Source of the DNA: an uncultured Nitrospiraceae bacterium
GTDB taxonomy: Bacteria; Hydrogenedentota; Hydrogenedentia; Hydrogenedentales; SLHB01
NCBI GenBank assembly: GCA_964520685.1
Contig: CAZFOG010000002.1
Coordinates: 1 to 56,442, forward strand
Reading direction: 5' to 3'
DNA: 56,442 bases
The notes beneath the pieces were generated by a model, which was not told where the DNA came from, made no database searches, and saw only the letters and a program-made list of their open reading frames with translations. Of the stretch, positions 50,179 to 56,442 are shown one piece after another. The translations under genes were made by a program, and so were the position numbers. Numbering within the stretch: the stretch's first letter is position 1; each line of letters opens with the position of its first letter.

Positions 50179-50335
50179 ATGGTTAGGTTTGGGTATTGTA
50201 GTTTTAATCATAGTATCCATAGTAATAAGTTACATTCAGATCAGAGTGTGGCTACATTTCGGAGAGAAATTTTTATTGAAAAAATCAAATAAACTTAAAA
50301 AGGAAAGTGATGAAAAAATCAAAGAGCAAATTTAG
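50165..50335 (+). CDS. possible small membrane protein (56 aa, below track cutoff)
   Basis: My translation reads MTIIEWLGLGIVVLIIVSIVISYIQIRVWLHFGEKFLLKKSNKLKKESDEKIKEQI, giving one TM plus a basic tail. It overlaps both neighbours. Confidence 0.35.
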   Translation: MTIIEWLGLGIVVLIIVSIVISYIQIRVWLHFGEKFLLKKSNKLKKESDEKIKEQI

Positions 50336-51503
50336 TGGGAAGGTAGGGAAGGATGTGGAACGTCAGCAGAGAGAAGCAACCTCATATGGATACCTAAATC
50401 TTCCCAAAGGTACAAATGTATTTAATCCCAAACCAGGGAGTCGCAATGTTTTGATAGATATCCTCCCTTACGAAGTTACTAACAAAAAGCATCCGGATCG
50501 TAATGAAGAGGAGGAAATAGCTGTTGAAGGTTCTCTTTGGTACAAATCTCCGATTTGGGTTCATAGACATGTAGGAGCTGGGAATGATACCGTAGTATGT
50601 CCTCTGATGACGGTTAAAAAACCCTGTCCGATTTGTGAACACAGATCAAAAATCCAAAAGCAGGGAGCTGATAAGGAGGATGTAAAAGCTCTGCGACCTT
50701 CAAAAAGGAACCTGTATGCGGTAGTACCTCTTAATGATAGGGAAGAGGAGGCCAATCCACATATTATGGATATAGCTGATTACAACTTTCAGAAACTCCT
50801 CAATGAAGAAATTCAGTCAGATGACAGCGTTCAGATTTTCCCCGATCTTGAAGAGGGCTTAACCTTGAAACTCCGGTTTGACTCTTCAACGGTGGGGGGT
50901 GGGAAACCTTACGCAGAGGCCAGCCGTATAGATTTTGTAGAAAGAGAAGAGGCGTATGACGAATCTATTTTGGACGAAGTTCCCAAATTGGATGACGTGG
51001 TTAATGTTCTTTCATATGATGAGTTACAGGCAAAATTCTTTGAAGTAGATACCGAAGAGTTGGGAGAAGTAGACGATGAAGAGGAGGAAACTCCAGCTCG
51101 CAGACCGCATGCTTCTAGGACCTCTTCAAATTCTTCCTCCAATAGAAGGAGAAAACATGAAGAAGAGGAGGAAGAGGAAGAGGAGGAAACTGAAGAAGAG
51201 GAAGAAGAGGAAGAGAAACCTGCCAGGAGAAGTAGAGGAACAAAGAGAGAAGAACCTCCCAGGCGTAGAAGGCCATTAGAGGAAGAAGAGGAGGAGGAAG
51301 AGGAAGAAGAGGAGGAGGAAGAGGAGAAACCTGCTCCAAAAACGATGACTCGTCAAAGACCTTCAAAAGAGGAATCTACGAAATCGAATACGAAGAACAA
51401 GTGCCCACATGGTCACAGATTCGGAATTGATGCTGAGAAATTCAAAGAATGCGAAACTTGTGGGATATGGAGCGACTGCTTGGACGAAAAAGAACGAAGG
51501 TAA
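50310..51503 (+). CDS. gp32-like single-stranded DNA-binding protein with very long acidic/basic low-complexity region and terminal zinc-ribbon
   Basis: About 397 aa. VLIDILPYEV..., WVHRHVGAGNDTVVCPLMTVKKPCPICEH (His/Cys3 zinc site as in T4 gp32), and PSKRNLYAVVPL. These are followed by poly-Glu/Arg tracts and CPHGHRFG...CETCG. Confidence 0.6.
   Translation: MKKSKSKFSGKVGKDVERQQREATSYGYLNLPKGTNVFNPKPGSRNVLIDILPYEVTNKKHPDRNEEEEIAVEGSLWYKSPIWVHRHVGAGNDTVVCPLMTVKKPCPICEHRSKIQKQGADKEDVKALRPSKRNLYAVVPLNDREEEANPHIMDIADYNFQKLLNEEIQSDDSVQIFPDLEEGLTLKLRFDSSTVGGGKPYAEASRIDFVEREEAYDESILDEVPKLDDVVNVLSYDELQAKFFEVDTEELGEVDDEEEETPARRPHASRTSSNSSSNRRRKHEEEEEEEEEETEEEEEEEEKPARRSRGTKREEPPRRRRPLEEEEEEEEEEEEEEEEKPAPKTMTRQRPSKEESTKSNTKNKCPHGHRFGIDAEKFKECETCGIWSDCLDEKERR
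51159..51326 (+). repeat. GAA/GAG-rich low-complexity coding tracts
   Basis: Two (GAAGAG)n-like runs, 51159-51217 and 51279-51326. They generate the spurious minus-strand ORF 51115-51366. Confidence 0.8.
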
Positions 51504-51535
51504 TTAGCATTCTGAAAGAGCGGAAAGATTCGGAA

Positions 51536-51901
51536 ATGAAACTTGTAGGGGTTTGGATTCCCCTACAAGTTCATGCCTATATAATGCTACATACGTTAGC
51601 AAAAGGAACGAATCGTACAAATGTTCTCAGAGAGCTTGTAAATGCCTGGATAGAAGATCGTGTTAAAAACCATTCAGAAACGGAGAAGGTTTTAATACAG
51701 GAGGTTATTCAACGTATCTGGACTAGATGGATTATTCAACGTGCTTCAGGTAGGAGGCGTATGACATTTATAAAGTTTATGGAACTGTTATCCCAAGAAC
51801 TTAAAAAGACTGGAATCCCAGAAAACTATATAGAGAAGATCAAAGTTGGAGTAAATCAATGTTATGCAAAGGATAAAGAAGAACGAGAAGGAGCTGAGTA
51901 A
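51536..51901 (+). CDS. ribbon-helix-helix (CopG/Arc-like) DNA-binding protein, tentative
   Basis: About 121 aa from the internal ATG of track ORF 51449-51901. MKLVGVWIPLQVHAYIMLHTLAKGTNRTNVLRELVNAWIE fits a beta-strand/helix/helix RHH pattern. Confidence 0.5.
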   Translation: MKLVGVWIPLQVHAYIMLHTLAKGTNRTNVLRELVNAWIEDRVKNHSETEKVLIQEVIQRIWTRWIIQRASGRRRMTFIKFMELLSQELKKTGIPENYIEKIKVGVNQCYAKDKEEREGAE

Positions 51902-52922
51902 TCAGGTCAAGAAAAGAGTAACTGCCGCACTACCTCAAAAGAAAGAGGATTATGAGGGGGACTTTGGGCATATAGTGCATACCGGAAGTACCCTACTTGA
52001 TTTGACTATATCAGGAGATCGGATTCACGGGGGAGGTATCCCTACCGGAATACTGGTAGAAATATTTGGACCAAGTGGAAGCGGAAAGACGGTGCTATTA
52101 AGTGAAATAGCAGGGACTATACAACGCATGGGAGGAGATGTCTTATTTAACGATCCTGAAGCCCGACTCAATCACCAATTTGCAAAGTTATTTGGATTGG
52201 AGTTATCTGAGGGGGGATATTCTCAACCTGACACTGTTCCAGAAGTATTCAAGGCTGTGAGAGAATGGAAGCCTAAAACAAAGGCCGAAGTTCACGGAGT
52301 CTTTGCGGATTCTCTGGCAGCTCTCTCTACTGATATGGAGATGGATGCAAAGGACGGAGATAAAATGGGGATGCGTAGAGCGAAAGAGTTTTCAGAGGAA
52401 CTGCGTAAAACATGCCGGATACTTAAGCAAAAGGGGCTTATAATGGTATGTTCAAATCAGGTTCGGGAAAACCTTGATGCTGGAGCTTACGGTCAGAAAT
52501 ACAAAGCTCCGGGAGGTTTAGCGATGGAATTTTATTCATCTTTAAGACTTCGAACTTTCAGCCCAGAGAAAATATATGAGATCAGAAAGGTTGCTGATAA
52601 GGAAGTCAAGAGAGTTATCGGAGTAAATATCCAGATAGAAGTTACAAAGAGTTCCATCAGCAAACCCTACCGTACAGCTCCTTTAACCATAATTTTTGAT
52701 TATGGAATTGATGATATCCGTCAGAATTTGAAATACATAAAAACCTATACTAAATCAACCACCTATAAATTGGGAGGGGAAAGCATAGGTAAAAGTATGG
52801 AAGAGGCTATACGATATATTGAACAGAATGGACTGGAAGAGGATTTAAAGGAGGAAGTAATTCATCTTTGGGAGAACATAGAAAGGAAATTTAAAAGTGA
52901 CCGTAAACCCAAAAGATCATGA
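51864..52922 (+). CDS. RecA-family recombinase (UvsX/RadA/Sak4-like)
   Basis: 352 aa. GGIPTGILVEIFGPSGSGKTVLL (Walker A) and VFADSLAAL (Walker B-like), followed by a RecA-core-like layout. Confidence 0.75.
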   Translation: MQRIKKNEKELSNQVKKRVTAALPQKKEDYEGDFGHIVHTGSTLLDLTISGDRIHGGGIPTGILVEIFGPSGSGKTVLLSEIAGTIQRMGGDVLFNDPEARLNHQFAKLFGLELSEGGYSQPDTVPEVFKAVREWKPKTKAEVHGVFADSLAALSTDMEMDAKDGDKMGMRRAKEFSEELRKTCRILKQKGLIMVCSNQVRENLDAGAYGQKYKAPGGLAMEFYSSLRLRTFSPEKIYEIRKVADKEVKRVIGVNIQIEVTKSSISKPYRTAPLTIIFDYGIDDIRQNLKYIKTYTKSTTYKLGGESIGKSMEEAIRYIEQNGLEEDLKEEVIHLWENIERKFKSDRKPKRS

Positions 52923-53395
52923 AAAGAATTATGAAAGCGAAAATATCTGCCAAAATCCTGGCCCTTGATGTCGCTACGCACTGCGGATGGGCCGTTACCA
53001 GGGAGATATACGGCGTATGGGATTTAACGCCTAAACGTGATGAAAGTGCTGGTATGCGGCTTATCCGTTTCCGGCATAAACTGAAGGAAGTCATCTCAAA
53101 TGAGAATATCAATCTTGTCGTTTTTGAACGACCTGGGGGAAGGCATGTCGGGGCAGTGATAGTTCATTCCGAATTACAAGGACAGGTTAAGGTTGTATGT
53201 GAAGACCTTGGTATTGAATATCGTGGGTATTCCTCTCAGGAAATCAAGAAGTTTGCTACCGGAAAAGGCAATGCCAATAAAGCAGCAATGATTGAAGCAG
53301 CGAAAAACAAACTTGATTATCCCGGTAAAGATGATAATGAAGCAGATGCTTTGTGGTTACTTGAACTTGCTATAAACGATTTACAAAAGTACTAA
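52919..53395 (+). CDS. ruvC: RuvC-like Holliday junction resolvase
   Basis: 158 aa. ILALDVATHCGWA (Asp), VVFERP (Glu) and DDNEADALWLL (Asp/Asp) form the RuvC catalytic tetrad pattern. Confidence 0.85.
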   Translation: MKRIMKAKISAKILALDVATHCGWAVTREIYGVWDLTPKRDESAGMRLIRFRHKLKEVISNENINLVVFERPGGRHVGAVIVHSELQGQVKVVCEDLGIEYRGYSSQEIKKFATGKGNANKAAMIEAAKNKLDYPGKDDNEADALWLLELAINDLQKY

Positions 53396-53399
53396 TAAA

Positions 53400-53618
53400 A
53401 TGGCAGAGGAAAAAATTACAAGAGAGGAATATATGGAAGCTGCGGCCAGAGTTAGAAAATATATTGAACAATGTGCGATGAAAGCAGAAAAACCATGTTG
53501 GGTATGTGCTCATAAAACTATGACATCCATAATAATAGTTTGTACAGACGAACTAAATGCAAAGATATTATATAATTCTGGAGACTATGTAATGTATAAA
53601 GCTGTATTATATGATTAA
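53400..53618 (+). CDS. hypothetical protein
   Basis: 72-aa ORF overlapping the next gene by 8 nt. Confidence 0.5.
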   Translation: MAEEKITREEYMEAAARVRKYIEQCAMKAEKPCWVCAHKTMTSIIIVCTDELNAKILYNSGDYVMYKAVLYD

Positions 53619-54672
53619 ATCAATTCACATAGAAAACTTTCAAAGTCATGCAAAAACAGAACTTGAGTTCTCTCCTGGAGTCAATGTCATTGTGGGAACA
53701 TCCGATTCAGGTAAGACGGCAATCATCCGTGCTCTGCGTTGGGTGCGGTGGAATAGACCTTCTGGTGATGCCTTTCGATCCAAATGGGGAGGAAGCACCA
53801 GCGTGCTCGTGGAATGTGAAGAAGCGGAAGTTTCTCGGATTAAAGATAAGTCGGATAAATTTCTACTCCGCCCAAAAGGACGTGATGAAATGGAATTCAA
53901 GGCTTTTGGTACTAATGTTCCGGAAGAAATTGTTGCACTTCTCAATCTCGACGAAATCAACCTTCAATCTCAGCACGATGCCCCCTTCCTCCTTAGTGAT
54001 ACTGCCGGAGCAGTAGCCGCTCATTTCAATAAAGTAGCTCACCTTGACAAAATTGATATTGCCACAAGTAAAATCAATGGATGGATTAGAGGACTAAAAA
54101 GTGATATTGAGCATACTGAAGCAGATATTGAATCTGAGAAGGAAAAGCTCAAAGCATTTGATCACCTTGACAAATTTGAGGCTGAACTCGAAGTATTGGA
54201 ATCCATGACATCCGATTTATCTGTTTTACGGAATAAACAAGAAGCATTACGAAAGGATACAAATAAATACCGAACATTAGCTGATAGCATAAGTAAGTAT
54301 GAGGACTTTGTATTAGAAGAACCTTTGGTGGATGCTACTCTTGAACTTATTTCCAACCGGGATGAAGTAAGAAATCAATACAGTGCTCTGATAAAAGTAG
54401 TTAAAAAACTTACGGAAATTAAACAAGATGAGGATGCTATAAATCATTTGCTCGAAGCAGAGTCTTTGGTTGATGATTTAATTGATAAATTTGCTCAAGT
54501 AAAGGTCATACAATCAGATTACAGCAAATTAAAATCCTTGATCAAGCAGATCAATCAATGCCAGTCTGATATTAGCACAACCGAAACAAATATTAAAGAA
54601 TCAGAAGAACGCTTTCATAATGAAATAGGAGGCATCTGCCCTCTATGTGATCAACCAATAAAGAAAAAATAA
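53611..54672 (+). CDS. Rad50/SbcC-like ATPase, N-terminal half only (Walker A head, coiled coil, terminal CxxC)
   Basis: 353 aa. MIKSIHIENFQSHAKTELEFSPGVNVIVGTSDSGKTAIIRAL, a long heptad-like region, and an ending ..GGICPLCDQPIKKK. No signature, Walker B or D-loop half is visible. Confidence 0.65.
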   Translation: MIKSIHIENFQSHAKTELEFSPGVNVIVGTSDSGKTAIIRALRWVRWNRPSGDAFRSKWGGSTSVLVECEEAEVSRIKDKSDKFLLRPKGRDEMEFKAFGTNVPEEIVALLNLDEINLQSQHDAPFLLSDTAGAVAAHFNKVAHLDKIDIATSKINGWIRGLKSDIEHTEADIESEKEKLKAFDHLDKFEAELEVLESMTSDLSVLRNKQEALRKDTNKYRTLADSISKYEDFVLEEPLVDATLELISNRDEVRNQYSALIKVVKKLTEIKQDEDAINHLLEAESLVDDLIDKFAQVKVIQSDYSKLKSLIKQINQCQSDISTTETNIKESEERFHNEIGGICPLCDQPIKKK

Positions 54673-54673
54673 G

Positions 54674-54910
54674 ATGTTACCAAAAATTCCAAAACGACTC
54701 GAAAGACGAACTGAGTTCTACAACAAGATCGCTCTAATAATTGGAGAGCATCCTCAAGCAGGAAAGACTGCTCAATGTAAAGGAGCTTTCCAATGGGCAA
54801 AACGTTGGTATATGGTCTTTGAAGATGTAAAAACAAAATTTCAGTTTGTGATAGATAGTCCGTCAAATGTAGCTTGGGCAGAAACGAAAGATGAAAATAA
54901 GGCACGTTAA
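54674..54910 (+). CDS. hypothetical protein
   Basis: 78-aa ORF starting 2 nt after the previous stop. Confidence 0.5.
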   Translation: MLPKIPKRLERRTEFYNKIALIIGEHPQAGKTAQCKGAFQWAKRWYMVFEDVKTKFQFVIDSPSNVAWAETKDENKAR

Positions 54911-55013
54911 TTCAAATATCTATGAGGTCACAAATGACCATGGAGATATTGTTTGGTTCAGAGGTACTTGGAGAAAGTGCCAAGAGTATATGAAAAAACA
55001 TAAAGATAAATAA
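54891..55013 (+). CDS. possible 40-aa protein (below track cutoff)
   Basis: My translation reads MKIRHVNSNIYEVTNDHGDIVWFRGTWRKCQEYMKKHKDK. The stop forms TAATG with the Mre11-like start. Confidence 0.3.
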   Translation: MKIRHVNSNIYEVTNDHGDIVWFRGTWRKCQEYMKKHKDK

Positions 55014-55882
55014 TGCAACGAACAAAGATACAGCGAATACCATCAGCAATCCTAACGGCTGATTGGCATCTACGTGAAGATACTCCTACTGCTTTTACCG
55101 GGAACTTTCAAGTAGAGCAGTGGGGAGTAGTTACCTTTATAAGTAATCTACAAGAAAAATATGACTGTTATGTTATTCATGCCGGGGATTTATTCAATAA
55201 TTGGAAACCTTCTCCATGGTTGATTACAATGGCGATGCGGCATCTGCCAAAACGATTTGTTACCATATATGGTAATCATGACTTGCCTCAACATAATTTG
55301 GATCTCGCAGACAAATGTGGAATTAATGTATTGAAAGAAGCTGGAGTATTGGATGTATTACCCGGAACTCATTGGGGACAACCTGTACAGGATTCTTGGT
55401 CAAGTATGTTTGATATTTTGGTTTGGCACGTTATGACATATCAGGGGAAGAAACCCTGGCCGGGAATAACCGACCCGATGGCCGCAACATTACTACGAAA
55501 ATATCCTCAGTACAAACTCATTCTTACCGGTCATAATCATAAAACTTTTACCGAAGAGCATGAAGGAAGATTACTTGTTAATCCCGGTGGAATAACAAGG
55601 CAGTCAGCAGATCAAATAGATTTTAAGCCCTGTGTTTTTCTTTGGTATGCGGAAACTAATACAATTGAAAGAGTAGATTTGCCATATACTGAAGGGGCTA
55701 TAAGCAGAGAACATATTGATGTTATAGAACAGCGTGATGCCCGCATAGATGCCTTCATATCAAAACTCAATAGTGAGTGGGATGTATCATTATCATTTGA
55801 GGATAATATTGAAGCATTTTGTCAGGCAAATAATGTAAGAGAACCGATTAAAGAAATAATCTATAAAGCATTAGAAGGATGA
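55013..55882 (+). CDS. Mre11/SbcD-like metallophosphoesterase nuclease
   Basis: 289 aa. Calcineurin-like motifs ILTADWHL, HAGDLFN, IYGNHD and LTGHNH. Confidence 0.85.
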   Translation: MQRTKIQRIPSAILTADWHLREDTPTAFTGNFQVEQWGVVTFISNLQEKYDCYVIHAGDLFNNWKPSPWLITMAMRHLPKRFVTIYGNHDLPQHNLDLADKCGINVLKEAGVLDVLPGTHWGQPVQDSWSSMFDILVWHVMTYQGKKPWPGITDPMAATLLRKYPQYKLILTGHNHKTFTEEHEGRLLVNPGGITRQSADQIDFKPCVFLWYAETNTIERVDLPYTEGAISREHIDVIEQRDARIDAFISKLNSEWDVSLSFEDNIEAFCQANNVREPIKEIIYKALEG

Positions 55883-55940
55883 AAGAAGTAATCCAGAGAT
55901 AAAGTTGAAACAGAAGTATTCTTTCGTAAAGCAAAGTAAA

Positions 55941-56228
55941 ATGAAACATTTAACTGAAAAAGAAGCCATTGCTTTTTATGAATCAAATGTATGGAAAGAA
56001 TGGACAGATGATCAAATTGCACGCTTTCAATTATTCCAACCATTACTTTGTGTGCCATTTAGTAGATTTCATGAAGCAGTAGAAAAGGTATTAGGAAGAC
56101 CTGTATATACTACTGAATTTGCCACTTTAAATCTTCAAAAAGAATACCTTGGTGAAAAACCAGCACCAACTCTTGAAGAGATTATCAATTTAATTCCGGA
56201 AGATAAACGAATTGTAATAGGAATATGA
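55941..56228 (+). CDS. hypothetical protein
   Basis: About 95 aa from ATG 55941 (the track start at 55905 is a TTG). ATGA overlap with the next gene. Confidence 0.55.
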   Translation: MKHLTEKEAIAFYESNVWKEWTDDQIARFQLFQPLLCVPFSRFHEAVEKVLGRPVYTTEFATLNLQKEYLGEKPAPTLEEIINLIPEDKRIVIGI

Positions 56229-56442
56229 AACGCATACTTGTAACAGGAGGAGCCGGATTCATCGGTTCGCATCTTTGCCGATATCTACTTAATCAAGGAC
56301 ATGAAGTTATCTGTATGGATAACTATTTCTCAGGGCAGAAGCGAAATATTCATCCTCTGCTCCCAAATCCAAGATTTGAGGCAATTCAGTGGGATGTAAC
56401 AAAGGAATACAAAATAATAGCAGATGAAATCTACAATTTGGC
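56225..56442 (+). CDS. NAD-dependent sugar-nucleotide epimerase/dehydratase, UDP-glucuronate decarboxylase (UXS)-like, N-terminal 72 aa (partial)
   Basis: My translation reads [58 protein letters not shown]... It has the [10 protein letters not shown] Rossmann motif, and DNxFxGxxxNI..L..NPxFE is typical of UXS-type SDRs. Runs off the window end. Confidence 0.8.
   Translation, partial: MKRILVTGGAGFIGSHLCRYLLNQGHEVICMDNYFSGQKRNIHPLLPNPRFEAIQWDVTKEYKIIADEIYNL

Noticed and set aside
1-56442. Temperate life-style / prophage boundaries (integrase, repressor switch, att sites)
   Set aside because: No tyrosine or serine recombinase motifs, no CI/Cro-like divergent pair and no host genes are visible at either edge. 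The IS110-like domain protein lacks the catalytic DEDD domain. Nothing supports integration, although the window does not cover the whole genome.

Overview
The whole 56.4-kb window is phage DNA: a large part of a tailed dsDNA phage (Caudoviricetes) genome with about 85 tightly packed, often overlapping ORFs. The ORFs form two divergent arms that meet at a 1.6-kb ORF-poor region (23.37-24.95 kb). The minus-strand arm, read from 23.4 kb down to 1, carries terS, terL and a cold-shock protein. Next come two paralogous fibre-like proteins (485 and 1679 aa) sharing a tail-tube-type N-domain, then a holin-like gene, an M15 endolysin and an ECF-type sigma factor. An accessory island follows (lipoprotein, secreted beta-helix protein, caspase-like protein with rearranged motif order, membrane protein). 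After it lie the portal, MuF-like head protein, scaffold/protease, decoration protein and HK97-type major capsid protein. The arm ends in a glycan-modification operon (DUF115/MAF-like, GT11 fucosyltransferase, two putative GTs, FkbM methyltransferase). The plus-strand arm starts with about a dozen small early genes, each with a conserved phased leader box. It continues with a 530-aa unknown, an M20/M42-like peptidase, an SNF2 helicase, a second sigma-like protein, primase and helicase. An enzyme island follows (two radical-SAM proteins, a PLP enzyme and an aminoacyl-transferase-like protein). Then come the sliding clamp, a family-A DNA polymerase split into a UDG-like/exonuclease gene and a polymerase gene, and the clamp loader. 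A phased 5 x 36-bp repeat array precedes an HNH / IS110-C-terminal-domain fusion gene. The arm ends with a gp32-like SSB, RecA-like recombinase, RuvC, a Rad50-N-half/Mre11 pair and a partial UDP-glucuronate-decarboxylase-like gene. I saw no rRNA, canonical tRNA, CRISPR array, integrase, tape measure, sheath or baseplate genes. The host cannot be established from the sequence. A TAAATTTG element, A-rich SD-less early leaders and lipoprotein-type signal peptides hint weakly at Bacteroidota. All functional calls rest on motifs I recognise by eye; no database search was possible. Top candidates for novelty are (1) the repeat array plus HNH/Tnp-domain cassette, (2) the radical-SAM/PLP island as a possible DNA hypermodification pathway, (3) the structured non-coding region with an iteron cluster and a terminator-bounded ncRNA candidate, (4) a tRNA-like acceptor/T-arm minihelix, and (5) the motif-permuted caspase-like protein.
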